A DNA stretch of 64,000 nucleotides from Candidatus Freyarchaeum deiterrae. Its GTDB lineage: Archaea; Asgardarchaeota; Jordiarchaeia; Jordiarchaeales; Jordiarchaeaceae. Shown one piece after another: positions 19,496 through 30,598 of the stretch (positions are counted from its first letter, which is position 1; every line of letters starts with the position of its first letter). Both the position numbers and the translations under genes were made by a program. The DNA lies in contig CP147778.1 of the NCBI GenBank assembly GCA_037305845.1, positions 2,464,001 to 2,528,000 on the forward strand. The letters run 5' to 3'. The notes under the pieces are model-generated. The model ran no database searches. It was given only the letters and a program-made list of their open reading frames with translations, and was not told where the DNA came from.

Positions 19496-19526
19496 ACTCA
19501 CTCTCTTCTTTCCCCTCTTCTTATTT

Positions 19527-20291
19527 TTATATAACTTTTAGTGCAAAAGTCATATATCCAGTGTGCCCTATCATTCTGGTCTCTGGTCTGGTTTTTCCCT
19601 CTTCTACATTGATGTATCTAACGATGCATTCTAGTGTTGTCAAGTCGATGAAGTTTTGTTTTTCCAGTTCCTTCACTGTTTTTTGCACCTGTTCAATAGT
19701 GGGGGAATATGAAGAGAAGTGTCCTCCCGCTATTAGTGCATCGTAAGCCAGTTTAACCGCTAACCATGGTGTAGCCATGTCCAGTATGACGGCGTCTACT
19801 TGTTTTTCTTCTATGCCCTCCAGAATGTCTTTATTTTTGAGTTCCACGTAATCCAGAACTCCCGTTTTTTCGAGGTTTTTTCTAGCTATTTTTAGGAACT
19901 CCTCCCTATTCTCGTAACTGTAGACCTTACCGGAAGGTTTAACATAATTCGCTAAAATGCTGGTGAGCGCACCGCTACCGGTACCCGCTTCCACAACCCG
20001 GCTACCAGGAATTACACCCGTGTTCAACAAGATGAAACCCATGTCTTTGGGATAGATTATCTGTGTGGCTCTCTGCATCTTCAAAAGCAAATCCATGGGA
20101 GTTGGCTTGACCGCGTAAAATTTATAATTTAGGTTGCTCAAAACCATGGTTCCATACGGTTTACCTATGATATCAGCAAAGTTTACTGCTCCTTTGTGAG
20201 TATGGTGAATTTTTCCCTCTTCAGCTTTAAGAAGCCATCTCCTCTTCCTATCGTATATTAATAGCACATAGTCGCCTACGTTAATGCTCAT
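19527..20291 (-). CDS. trmI: tRNA (adenine-N1)-methyltransferase TrmI
   Basis: QIIYPKD, EAGTGSGALT, LDMATPW and GHTGY motifs. Confidence 0.95.
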   Translation of the reverse strand: MSINVGDYVLLIYDRKRRWLLKAEEGKIHHTHKGAVNFADIIGKPYGTMVLSNLNYKFYAVKPTPMDLLLKMQRATQIIYPKDMGFILLNTGVIPGSRVVEAGTGSGALTSILANYVKPSGKVYSYENREEFLKIARKNLEKTGVLDYVELKNKDILEGIEEKQVDAVILDMATPWLAVKLAYDALIAGGHFSSYSPTIEQVQKTVKELEKQNFIDLTTLECIVRYINVEEGKTRPETRMIGHTGYMTFALKVI

Positions 20292-21344
20292 TTCTTCTCA
20301 CTTCTCTGCTCTAGATTCGGTTCTCCTATGAGTGGGATTTCAGCGCCGCATTTAGGGCATTTTTTATCAGGGGTAATCCGATACTTGGTGATGCTAAAAA
20401 TATATCTCTCTATGAGTAGTTCTCCGCAAACTGGGCACCAGGTGTTCTCGCCGCTGTGTCCCGGTACATTTCCTATGTAGACGTATTTTAGGCCTTCACT
20501 GAGTCCTATCTGCCTGGCTATTTCCAGTGTTTCTGTCGGCGTGGTGTCTCTGTCCATCATTCGATATTCCGGGTGGAACTTGGTTAGATGCCAAGGCATG
20601 TTTTCGTCTTCCCTATTTATTCTTTTAGCTATGCTTCTTAAACAGTCTTCATCATCATTTACTTCGGGAATCACTAGTGTTGTTACTTCGATATGTATCC
20701 CCCTCTTCTTTGATTCGTGAATGTTGCTCCAAACATAATCGACGTCAGCTCCGCAGTACTTCTGCACGTTTTCCTTACACCCCTTTACATCCACATTCAT
20801 AGCATCCATGCCGCTTTCTATAAGAAGATTCAGAGCCTCGGGAGTCATGTAGCCATTGGTCACATAAGTATTGTAGTATCCCCTCTCTTTCGCAAGCCTA
20901 AACACGTCCAGAGAGTACTCTAACATTAGAGTAGGCTCGTTAAAAGAAATAGAGGTTCCCTGACACTTATAGGCCTTAACCAGCTTCATAAACTGCTCCG
21001 GGCTTACATAATTCTTGGACTCATCCGGAGGATGTTTCGAGATCTCCCAATTTTGACACCAAGGGCAGAAAAAAGTTGCATCCCCAGGAGCCGACAGTTA
21101 GAGCTTTTGAACCGGGGTAAAAATGGAAGAATGGTTTCTTTTCGATGGGGTTTGCGCTTAGGGAGGAGATGTCACCGTAGATTAACGTGTATAACTTTCC
21201 ATCAATGTTTTTTCTTGTTTTGCATACTCCAGTTCCACCTTCTGGGATTACGCATTTACGCATGCAAGTGAGGCATCTAATTTTTCCATTTTCGTTTCCT
21301 TCACTCAGTATTGCCTCTTTCAAACAGTCTTCATTATTTCTCAT
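20288..21344 (-). pseudogene. amrS: AmmeMemoRadiSam radical SAM enzyme, split by a 1-nt frameshift (real or sequencing error)
   Basis: PIEKKPFFHFYPG N-terminal part and YVTNGY...YVYIGNVPG...CP.CG C-terminal part are in different frames. Deleting one A from 21069-21074 restores CNFFCPWC. Confidence 0.85.
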
Positions 21345-21723
21345 TTGAAAATCCTCATTTTAGGTTTCAGCCCATTTTTTTGAAAATAATGGTTTTTAAA
21401 CTTGAAAATCAGGTAACATTATAATATGGCTTATTTTAAATTCTTCTGCTCATAAATAAGATTTTGAAGTTGGCTTTCTGATTTTCTTCAATGTTTTAGA
21501 TCTTCTTTTGAACGGCTGTAACTGTCCACTCTATCCCTTGCCCTTTTTTCCTTCACACCTAGTGAAATAAATGGATAACATTTTTGTCAGACAAAAACTA
21601 AAAAGCATACTCACAGCGTTAGTCTTAGAACCAAAGTGTTTCTTCAAAAGAAAATCTTATATATAAATTATCTTAATAATGATTCATAAAATTTTGTTCA
21701 CTAAGTGGCTGGTTGATGATAGT

Positions 21724-22089
21724 ATGTCTAAAGATATACAAATACCACCTGCGGTTCCTCTCAAACTCAGCAGTTTAGAGGATTTGGCGAGGATGCTAGT
21801 TTTTTGGATGTCTCGAGAAAGAGGCGCTTCAATTCTGTATTTCAAAAAGGATGGAAAGCATGTCTACGGCGCTCTAACAGTGAGCTTCCCCGGATACTAT
21901 GAACTTAGAGGACTTCCACTATTCATATGTGTGGTTAACGATGAGGCTCCTAAAGGGCAGTTTCTCCGATATCAGGGAACGCCTGAAGAGTCCATAACTT
22001 TCGTAAAATCCTTAGAAATGGATCCCAAATACCAATTCATTCCCATAATAAAACTCGCCGAAGCTCCGAAGTTCGTAGGAAACCTATAA
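21724..22089 (+). CDS. Conserved archaeal hypothetical protein
   Basis: SLEDLAR...ILYF..DGKHVY...IPIIKL pattern recalls uncharacterised TACK/Asgard proteins. ATG 21724 preferred. Confidence 0.65.
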   Translation: MSKDIQIPPAVPLKLSSLEDLARMLVFWMSRERGASILYFKKDGKHVYGALTVSFPGYYELRGLPLFICVVNDEAPKGQFLRYQGTPEESITFVKSLEMDPKYQFIPIIKLAEAPKFVGNL

Positions 22090-22195
22090 ACCTGAACAAT
22101 TCCCATCTAAACCGGAATAGTCTCTTTAATTTAGAGAACCTGCTCAACCAAAATATCTCTACATAAATAATTGATTAGCGGGTATCTCACTTTTT

Positions 22196-23590
22196 TTAGA
22201 AACTCACTTGTTTCGAGGGCGATCTGGCGAAGCTCCAAACAAAAGCTAGGAACCAGAATACTGAGAGGCCGACTATGGCTATCAGTGTGATGATGCTGTT
22301 TGTTGAGACAAGATACCAGACTTGATATACAATGCCAAGGAAAGCGGGATTCCCTGTGTCTACGAAAAAGTATATGAAAATTTGCTGAATTTCATTAAGG
22401 GGAATGTACAGGTTAAACCAGTACTGATACGGAACATATTTTGCTACTAGGCTGGGTAATGTGTACAGGTACCATGAAATGTACTGTGGTATCGTGGCTA
22501 ATTGGATTATGAACTTGCCAGTGAAGTAGTCTACTGCTATAAATGCTCCGGCGAAAATGAAGCCTATTATTGAGGGGTTTAAGCCTAATCCTTTCTGAAT
22601 TCCTTTAATTAGACCTATGAGAGTCACTACGCCGAATATTCCGAGGCAGATCCAATTGATGTAATCGAATAGAAGCCCTGGACTCCCACCCCAGGTAAGA
22701 TATCCCGAGGGGCTTATTCCCGGGAAGTAAACGTATGGTAAAGTAAAGTATGCTAAAACTAGGAAAACTGCCATCTGAAAAACCGCAAGCAGTCTGTATG
22801 GTACTTCCGTCATTTTTACTCCATAGGTGTTCGCTTCAAATTCTCCCGCACCTGCAAAAATTAGCCAGATTACAGAGCCAATCGCTAGGGCATCGACTAT
22901 GCACATGGCAATCGCGTACACCATTACCATGATATTGGTCCATATGCTCCAAATCCAATTGGCCATCAAGAAAAAGACTTGACCGTTGTAAAAAATATAA
23001 GCGGCATAAATCGGCAGTGGACATATCATGAGCACGAGAAGAGCCCCAAACAGTATTCTGGCTCCACTGCTTCTCTTCCACACCCACTCACTCTTGGTTA
23101 CTATTCTACCCGCAAGGATAATCCCTCCAACGACGCCTAGAATGGGGGAAATCATTGGAAGTAAGAAAAATAGTATAACTATCAGAGTGTTGAAGCCGTA
23201 AAAAATCCTATACCGGAGAGGAATAATCGTTGTGCTACTGTTCATAGCTGAAAACGTGTTAGCTAAACGCGTCCTATTTAAATATATGAACAAGACCCAG
23301 GGCAGCGAGAAAAAGATGGGAGCAACCACATAATTAATTAGAGTATCTACAAGGCTAGATTGGAGACCAAATTGGAGGAGCTGTATAATAATTTGATAAA
23401 TGGGGGCGCCCTCAAGAATCGGATAAATCTGGAAAGGAAATTGATGAATCTTGTAAGGAGAAATACCAAACAAAATCAGGAAATATATCGGCAAAGCTAT
23501 TGCACAAAGCACAACCAGCAGCCTAACCGCTATAACTCCACCGAATCTTCTACTCATCGGGAGATCCTCCAAAAGATAAGCTCCAGACAA
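22196..23590 (-). CDS. Hypothetical polytopic membrane protein
   Basis: 464-aa ORF with about 10 hydrophobic segments. Confidence 0.75.
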   Translation of the reverse strand: MSGAYLLEDLPMSRRFGGVIAVRLLVVLCAIALPIYFLILFGISPYKIHQFPFQIYPILEGAPIYQIIIQLLQFGLQSSLVDTLINYVVAPIFFSLPWVLFIYLNRTRLANTFSAMNSSTTIIPLRYRIFYGFNTLIVILFFLLPMISPILGVVGGIILAGRIVTKSEWVWKRSSGARILFGALLVLMICPLPIYAAYIFYNGQVFFLMANWIWSIWTNIMVMVYAIAMCIVDALAIGSVIWLIFAGAGEFEANTYGVKMTEVPYRLLAVFQMAVFLVLAYFTLPYVYFPGISPSGYLTWGGSPGLLFDYINWICLGIFGVVTLIGLIKGIQKGLGLNPSIIGFIFAGAFIAVDYFTGKFIIQLATIPQYISWYLYTLPSLVAKYVPYQYWFNLYIPLNEIQQIFIYFFVDTGNPAFLGIVYQVWYLVSTNSIITLIAIVGLSVFWFLAFVWSFARSPSKQVSF

Positions 23591-23727
23591 TACTTAAAAT
23601 AAGGCGTCGCTCAAAACTAAAAAATGTTTCTATTCCCCCAACCCAGCAAACACTAGCATAAACAAGAGAAGCAGAAAAACAGAAGCTATGATTAGCCTAA
23701 ATTCGATTTTCTAATTTAATGTTGATT

Positions 23728-24255
23728 CTATTTCGTTTTTAGGACGAATTCCCATTCACACCATAGATTCTCATCATGCTCATCCGGAGGACACACAACA
23801 CAATTCGCCTCCATCTTTGGATTAAACGCCTTTGCAAACTCTTTCAAATAAGTCCATCTAACCTCCTTGCAGGGAAATTCGCCAACCCCTTTCCTTATTC
23901 TGGCTTTTTGGGTGCGGCAACTAGTAACTCTGAACACCACTCTATCCGATTTACTCTCCCACTCCTTCTCCTCCTGGTACAAAGCCCAGCTGGTGGCTCT
24001 CAGCATCGTCGTAAATGACTCCAAATCATTATTTTTTAATCCCAAAAGCTCTTTTAAATCTCTAGCTTCCAACTTCGCCAATGTATTCCAACAGTTTCTG
24101 TCAATGTTTGTAGCAGCATCAGTACCAAAATTTTCCTCAATTCCTAGAAAATAGAAGCCATCAACTCTCCAAATGTTACCAACCTGTAACGATAGCAGGT
24201 CCACCAATTTTTGTTTTGAAAGACTCTGCAACCAGTTTCTATCCTCGCCGTTCAT
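23728..24255 (-). CDS. DUF6125-like (V4R/ATC-hydrolase-like) protein
   Basis: W.VDG.YF..IE, C.TQ.AR......FPC and CPPD.H....WCEWEF motifs. Confidence 0.8.
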   Translation of the reverse strand: MNGEDRNWLQSLSKQKLVDLLSLQVGNIWRVDGFYFLGIEENFGTDAATNIDRNCWNTLAKLEARDLKELLGLKNNDLESFTTMLRATSWALYQEEKEWESKSDRVVFRVTSCRTQKARIRKGVGEFPCKEVRWTYLKEFAKAFNPKMEANCVVCPPDEHDENLWCEWEFVLKTK

Positions 24256-24518
24256 TTTAATTCACCGTCACTTAGGTTACTAGTCCAGAATAAATATTTT
24301 CACATATTCAATTTCGTTTTTTTACCATGCAGTGAACTTTGTATTAAAACTTTGCAACACTTAAAAGATTACTGACCAAGATGATAACTTATATTAAATT
24401 TTCTTGAAGAAGTGCCCATTTTTGTTCCAAAACAGGTGAAAAACAATAGATAAATTTATGAGGAGTGATACAAATAATATCAAAACTGAAATAGCTATGG
24501 CGAATTACTCCTAATGGT

Positions 24519-25040
24519 TTGGGACTGGAATTGGAGGATGAATCTAGAAAACAGGTTCAAGAGTACTTGGAACTGTGTCAAAAACATATAGACGAAATGA
24601 GAAAAAAATTCGGGATCGAAATAGATTCAGCTGAATCCATAATCGAACACTCCGACAAGCAATTGGAACTCGCAGACGACATAAACACTTACCTCCAGGG
24701 AATAATAGAGTACCTAGAACTAAGAAAGAGGACAATGAACGAGTTCCTCTCCCAGCTATTCTGGATAAAACAGGCGCTCAACTCCACAAAATCCGAAGAA
24801 ATTTCCTTCTATCTACGCAACTCCCTCGAAGGACTAATAGACATGGAAACCCTACTAGACCGAGAAAACGAGCTTCTAATAAACTTTGAAAAAAGAGTTC
24901 AAACCATAAGAAACTTCCTAGACTTCGTTGAGGGAACAAAAAAAGAAATAGAAAACTACAAAAAATTCTACCCCGAACTCATAAACAAACTAGACGAAAT
25001 AATAAAAAACACTAAAGAAACCCCCCCAAAAACAACCTGA
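24519..25040 (+). CDS. Hypothetical helical/coiled-coil protein
   Basis: 173-aa charged heptad-rich ORF. Confidence 0.65.
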   Translation: MGLELEDESRKQVQEYLELCQKHIDEMRKKFGIEIDSAESIIEHSDKQLELADDINTYLQGIIEYLELRKRTMNEFLSQLFWIKQALNSTKSEEISFYLRNSLEGLIDMETLLDRENELLINFEKRVQTIRNFLDFVEGTKKEIENYKKFYPELINKLDEIIKNTKETPPKTT

Positions 25041-25095
25041 ACATATCACACAAAAAAATCCCAAACAAAATTTTCTATCCCCCTTTTTAAAAGAA

Positions 25096-25875
25096 TTATC
25101 CTATTGCTTCGTTAATTTTTTCTTTTATTTCCTTGGCAGACAATTTTGGATCTTCCGACTGATAGATTGAACGTCCTACAATAGCGTAAGTGGTTCCCGC
25201 ACGGAAAGCCTCGCCTATTTCACCCCCCTGAAAACCGATACCCGGACTAAAAATCGGAATCTTTCCACCAACGATTTCAGAAACCCTCTCAATTATCTTC
25301 GGCTGTGTAGCTCCAACCACAACCCCATCAGCCCCCCATGACTTCGACTTCTCAGCAAAAATCTCATACTGAAAACGGGTCTCACCATCCGCGTTAACCA
25401 CTTTTTGACCATATCCCTCCTCAGCGCCCGGATGAGACATGTACACCAATAGAATGACGCCCTTCCCGTAGTCCTTCGCGACGCTAAAGACAGAGTCTAA
25501 TCCGCCCTTCCACCCTACGAAAGGATTAGCGATCAGAGCATCAAAACCCGCCTCGAAAAAGTAATGCGAAGCCCACTCATTAGTATGTTCCACATCATTC
25601 AGTTTACAATCCATAATGAGAGGGAGACCATAGTGAGCCGCATCCTCAATCAACAATCTGAGATCATCAAAAAGACCGAGAGGAAGCAATAACTGAAAAT
25701 TAATCTTAACCCCCACAATATGCTCCTCAACATCACTCAGAATCCTTCGAGATTTTACCAGTAATTTTCTCTTAAAATCCTTCGCACCAACTGACGGAGA
25801 CAAATCCAACGCTAAAACCACACGACTCCCATTCTCTCTAACACGTTTTTCAAGCTTCCCACTAAAAACCGACAT
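25096..25875 (-). CDS. pyrF: Orotidine-5'-phosphate decarboxylase
   Basis: VLALD, GVK, D.KL.D, VVGAT, SPGIG.QGG and IVGRSI motifs. Confidence 0.95.
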   Translation of the reverse strand: MSVFSGKLEKRVRENGSRVVLALDLSPSVGAKDFKRKLLVKSRRILSDVEEHIVGVKINFQLLLPLGLFDDLRLLIEDAAHYGLPLIMDCKLNDVEHTNEWASHYFFEAGFDALIANPFVGWKGGLDSVFSVAKDYGKGVILLVYMSHPGAEEGYGQKVVNADGETRFQYEIFAEKSKSWGADGVVVGATQPKIIERVSEIVGGKIPIFSPGIGFQGGEIGEAFRAGTTYAIVGRSIYQSEDPKLSAKEIKEKINEAIG

Positions 25876-25962
25876 GAAAAGCCACCCAACAAAAGAAAAG
25901 CAAAACTAGTAAAAAAAACTATCCATCCACAAACAAATAAACGAGAAAAAATACTTCGCAGA

Positions 25963-26436
25963 TTAGATAAGTCCTAGTATTACATTAATCACTTTAGGAA
26001 TAACTGCTTTAATCTCTGGTGAAAGATCCATGTCGTACTCCTTATAATTTTTCGGCTCTACACCAACCAGCACCAACTCTGGAGGCAACTTACCCGTCTC
26101 TTTGCCAATCCTGAGAGCAGACAACAAATCCATTTCATGAAGAGAAAAAAACTTAACCACACCCTTCAACAACCTATCAATATCCACCACGTAAATTTGA
26201 CCCGGTTCACCGCCACCCAAAACAGCATCTACAATAATTACTTTATCAGCACCCTCCATAAGATTAAGAATCGAAACACCACCTGTCCCACCATCAAAAA
26301 ATTCAACATTAGGCGGCAAATTAATCTCGTTTAACTCCTCAACAATATGCACTCCCAATCCCTCATCACCAAGCAACAGGTTACCAACACCAATGATTAT
26401 CGTATGTTTTATCTTTGTTATTTTTAATACCTCCAT
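25963..26436 (-). CDS. Hydrogenase maturation endopeptidase (HyaD/HybD family)
   Basis: GVGNLLLGDEGLG, DGGT, VDAV and SLH motifs. Confidence 0.93.
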   Translation of the reverse strand: MEVLKITKIKHTIIIGVGNLLLGDEGLGVHIVEELNEINLPPNVEFFDGGTGGVSILNLMEGADKVIIVDAVLGGGEPGQIYVVDIDRLLKGVVKFFSLHEMDLLSALRIGKETGKLPPELVLVGVEPKNYKEYDMDLSPEIKAVIPKVINVILGLI

Positions 26437-26630
26437 CCTAAAAGGATTCTCCTCCGTATTAAAAAATTATTGGAAGCACATCAATGTAAATATTTGAATC
26501 AGGGTTTATGGAAACACGGGAGGAAAACTTTCAGAAACAGCGTAGAATAAAATTCAAAGCTTATAAGAGATAATAGAGAAATTAAACGACGAGAGTTGGG
26601 TGAAAAGTTTTATGCTCCTAAAATAAGGTA

Positions 26631-26909
26631 TTGTTAGAGGGATTAACGGAGATGAAAATAACAAAGAGCTGGGACTACGCCACTGGGGAATACGTGGCAA
26701 AAATTGTTGAAGGAAAAAGAAAATCTACTGTAAGAGTCGGTAGCACGCTAGATGTGGATGTTGCTCGTGACGACGCGTTAGATCTGGATTACTCTATCGA
26801 TGACTTGGCGGTGAAGGTTAGCGGCGACAAAGAATTAGCCATCCAAGCCGCCGGAGCAAAGGGACTAAAAGCCTATTTGAACGAATATTTAGAAATGAAA
26901 AGAGATTGA
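26631..26909 (+). CDS. Hypothetical small protein
   Basis: 92-aa ORF; the alternative ATG at 26652 has a GAGG SD. Confidence 0.55.
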   Translation: MLEGLTEMKITKSWDYATGEYVAKIVEGKRKSTVRVGSTLDVDVARDDALDLDYSIDDLAVKVSGDKELAIQAAGAKGLKAYLNEYLEMKRD

Positions 26910-27156
26910 GGCAACCCTATTTGCTAGTTTTAATTCGCTCCAACTTAATTCTCTGCCCTGTTAAGCATTCCTTCGACTATTAACGCCTAGCCGAACATAA
27001 CAAGGATTCCCTCTACCTAGATTGCATGAAGCCATTCTGCTGTCTAGAAATAGTGTTATTGGTGGATAGCAACTGCCGCAAACATTACCTTATTAAGCAT
27101 ATTCGATTCAATTGAATCAATACTAAAATAGGGAGTTAAGAGAGAAGTGAACTATT

Positions 27157-29487
27157 TTGAAACAAACATTTAGGATTAGGAAAGCTTCCAAAAAAGCAAT
27201 ACTACTGATAACAGTCCTACTCACAACAATAATAACAATCGCAGCAGTCACCGCAATCCAAAACCAAAACGCAAATCCACTAATCTGTCAGACTCTACTC
27301 ACAAGCACGAACTCCCACGCAAACCAACCAATAATTGTAAAAGCTGACCCAGCCTGGGAAGATGAAACCTTTACGAATACATCAACTTACAGCAACATGG
27401 AAATCATACTGAACGGAAATCTAACAATTGACACCGGAGGAATCCTAACTCTAACCAACGTCACCCTAAGGGTAAACTGCACCACCAACGGTGAACACCA
27501 AATAGAAGTTAAAAACAATGGGACGCTCTACATCAATGGATCCTCAATCATTACAGCCCTAAACACCAGCTACAGATTCCTATTCAAGGTGCAGTCCGGT
27601 TCGACGTTCCAGATGAATAACAGCGAACTACACTATTGCGGATACGAGAATACTTTCAGCAGCAATGATTGTTATGGTCTCTGGATAAACACAAACAACA
27701 CAATTATTATAAACAACACATTCACAGACGGCTTCTACGGAATCATATTATGGTATTCACAAAACAATACAATAATAAACAACACCGCCATAAACAACGA
27801 CTTAGAGGGCTTCACCCTGTGGGACAGTCAGTACAACAACCTTACTGGTAACTACGCCTCAAACAACATATTTACTGGCTTTTCATTGAGTTATAGCTCT
27901 TACAACAATCTTACCGGTAACACGGTCATAAATCCCCCCCTGTTCAATGCTGCTTCTTCAGGCTTCTACATGCAACATAGCTCTTACAACAATCTTACTG
28001 GTAACACCGTTACAAACCCCACCTGGGATGGCTTCTACCTGATCGAATGCCAGTACAACAATCTCACTGGTAACACCGTCACAAACAGCGGACGTGGCTT
28101 CGAACAGTGGAGATGCCAGTACAACACTTTTACTGGTAACAACGCCTCAAACAACGATTACGGAGGCTTCTACGTGTACAATAGCACACATAACACTTTT
28201 ACTGGTAACAACGCCTCAAACAACGGCGGCCTCGGCTTATACCTAGACCCATACTCGAATTACAATAATCTTTCTGGCAACACTGCAAGCAACAACGGCT
28301 ACTACGGCTTCTACCTGGACTCTAGCTCGAACCATAATAATCTTTCTGGCAACACTGCAAACAATAACATACTATACGGCTTCTTCCTAGACTCTAGCCC
28401 CTACAATATGCTTTTAGGTAACAACGCCACAAATAACAACTATAACTTCTACCTCTTGTCCAGCTCGAACAACACTCTTTCGGGCAACACAGCAGCCGCT
28501 CCAGAAATCTACGACATCATTCCGGTGAACATCTTCATTTTTGCGTATCCGACTACTGATACTTGGGTCAGGTATCATGGCTTGTCTGTGGATCAACCTC
28601 TGCCCAATGACTTCTGGAACCATCCAGGCTACACCATCCAACAAACTCCGATATCATTTACCTACACCACGATAAGATACTTTTCCCCAGGGAGCCACTA
28701 CGTCGAGTACGCGAGTTCTGGTTACGTGCCGGACTACGCTTGGCATGCGAGAATATATATCAATAATGTCCTGATGGCGCAAGGAGACGTTGGAAGATTA
28801 AACCACCTCATAGCCAATTTCACAGTGACCAACACCACCTACGGCTTCTGCCTAAACTCCAGCCCGTACAATAATCTTACGGGCAACACCGCAACCAACA
28901 CCACCTACGGCTTCTATTTGGAAGGGTCTTCTACTAATAATAATCTCTTAAATAACACCGCTTTAAACAGTAAAAGTGTAGGATACAACTGGACTACTAA
29001 CTGTATCAATAATGATTTTACGGGCAGTGTGGAGACGAACTACCTGCGCGTGAAAGTCACCGAAGGTCTGGGCTTTCCTATTAACGGTGCGGATGTTGAA
29101 GTTGTGACCGAAGGAACAGTTGTTTACAAGACACCACAATTTAATGGCACAGACAACAAAACTGGCTCGAACGGTGCCACTCCATGGATCGCTGTCACCT
29201 ACAGGACAGGCACGGGAATAGATACAATGACTATGAACACGACCACCGTCACAGTTTACTATCCAGGGTTCAGCGTCTTGGACAATTCGAGAACAGTGGA
29301 AATGTCATTGTCGCACATAGAAACATTCACAGTGGCTACTGAGCAACTTACACTGCTTTCCATCCTGCTGCAGGTTGGAACACAAGGCGGTGGCAGTACC
29401 CTTGTTTACGCAGCTATAAGTGTTACTACCTGTGCAGTTGTGGCAGCAGCGGTTTTGTTCTACTACTTCCGCTTCCATAGAGTATAA
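27157..29487 (+). CDS. NosD/CASH parallel beta-helix surface protein with C-terminal membrane anchor
   Basis: Signal peptide; many GF.L..S.YNNLTGN.A.NN repeats; C-terminal TM plus basic tail. Confidence 0.9.
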   Translation: MKQTFRIRKASKKAILLITVLLTTIITIAAVTAIQNQNANPLICQTLLTSTNSHANQPIIVKADPAWEDETFTNTSTYSNMEIILNGNLTIDTGGILTLTNVTLRVNCTTNGEHQIEVKNNGTLYINGSSIITALNTSYRFLFKVQSGSTFQMNNSELHYCGYENTFSSNDCYGLWINTNNTIIINNTFTDGFYGIILWYSQNNTIINNTAINNDLEGFTLWDSQYNNLTGNYASNNIFTGFSLSYSSYNNLTGNTVINPPLFNAASSGFYMQHSSYNNLTGNTVTNPTWDGFYLIECQYNNLTGNTVTNSGRGFEQWRCQYNTFTGNNASNNDYGGFYVYNSTHNTFTGNNASNNGGLGLYLDPYSNYNNLSGNTASNNGYYGFYLDSSSNHNNLSGNTANNNILYGFFLDSSPYNMLLGNNATNNNYNFYLLSSSNNTLSGNTAAAPEIYDIIPVNIFIFAYPTTDTWVRYHGLSVDQPLPNDFWNHPGYTIQQTPISFTYTTIRYFSPGSHYVEYASSGYVPDYAWHARIYINNVLMAQGDVGRLNHLIANFTVTNTTYGFCLNSSPYNNLTGNTATNTTYGFYLEGSSTNNNLLNNTALNSKSVGYNWTTNCINNDFTGSVETNYLRVKVTEGLGFPINGADVEVVTEGTVVYKTPQFNGTDNKTGSNGATPWIAVTYRTGTGIDTMTMNTTTVTVYYPGFSVLDNSRTVEMSLSHIETFTVATEQLTLLSILLQVGTQGGGSTLVYAAISVTTCAVVAAAVLFYYFRFHRV

Positions 29488-29752
29488 AACGATAAGAACA
29501 CGGATTGGAAAATAATAAACCCCAAAACCAGTGATTCTGAACCTTCACCATCTACAATTTCTTTTTTTATTTAGTACCATAATAATGACACCGACAGCAG
29601 CAAAGTCAGTACGCCAAATAAAAACAATAAAAATGCTACCCTTTAATGAAATAAATTCGTTTATTCTAGAATGAGACATCACCAAATGAGTGGAGAAAAC
29701 ATTAATATGGTTTCGACAATCGGAAGAGCTATGTAAAAGGAGGAAATTTAAA

Positions 29753-30328
29753 ATGAGACTTCTGGGCATTGTTTGCAGCCCGCGCAAAGGCGGAAACACG
29801 GAAATTCTGGTTAAAGAAGCCTTGAAACCGGCTCAGGAAGCCGGTTGGGAAACCGAGTTATTTTTAATGTCAGAAAAACAGGTGGCTCCCTGTGATGCTT
29901 GTGGAGCTTGTTTCAAAACTGGCTCCTGTGTTATTAAAGACGATATGCAAGAACTGTACTCGATGCTTGAACAGGCCGACGGTGTGATAATCGGCAGCCC
30001 GGTCTACTTCGGCAATGTCAGCGCACAGGCCAAAGCGGTCATGGACAGAACCTATGCCATAGCGTTTAAACGAGCACTAAAAGACAAAGTAGCCGGCGCC
30101 ATCGTCGCTGCCAGAAGGGTGGGGGCAGCGCAAGCACGCTCCTTAATATACTCCTTCTGCATTATTCACGGAATGATAGTAGCCGCAGGAGGAATAGGAT
30201 ACGGGGGAGACCCCGGTGATGTCTTAAAGGGAGTAGGAACCATCGGCCCCTCAGCTACGGCAGAAGCACGGCAAGTAGGTATCAGAGTCATGAACCTGGC
30301 GGAACGGCTGACCAAAAGCAAGAAATAA
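29753..30328 (+). CDS. Iron-sulfur flavoprotein (Isf/flavodoxin-like)
   Basis: SPRKGGNT, C..C..C.....C, DDMQ and GSPVYFG motifs; AGGAGG SD before ATG 29753. Confidence 0.9.
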   Translation: MRLLGIVCSPRKGGNTEILVKEALKPAQEAGWETELFLMSEKQVAPCDACGACFKTGSCVIKDDMQELYSMLEQADGVIIGSPVYFGNVSAQAKAVMDRTYAIAFKRALKDKVAGAIVAARRVGAAQARSLIYSFCIIHGMIVAAGGIGYGGDPGDVLKGVGTIGPSATAEARQVGIRVMNLAERLTKSKK

Positions 30329-30598
30329 ATCCATTACAACATTTAAAATGAGCAATAAAAAGGAAGATTATGCCTCAGGTTTTTATTAGTGCATAACTTC
30401 TACATTGCGTAAATCCATATTATCTCCAATTAAGGAGGGGAGGGTGGAGATTATTGTCTCTCTACCTACCATAAATATCATCCACGAACATTTAGCTACA
30501 TAAAAAAATGAAAAAAAAGGGAAAGAGAAATAAATAGCAAAAAAGTAAAGTTCACAAACCAACAATAATGTTACTCAACAAAAAAGGTGAATGTAAAA

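Noticed and set aside
21021-21023. TGA ending the amrS 5' ORF as a possible selenocysteine codon
   Set aside because: The stop lies in the shifted frame after the homopolymer, not at a Cys position.
27800-28480. Short tandem DNA repeats resembling an array
   Set aside because: They are coding beta-helix repeats with synonymous variation, not a CRISPR array.
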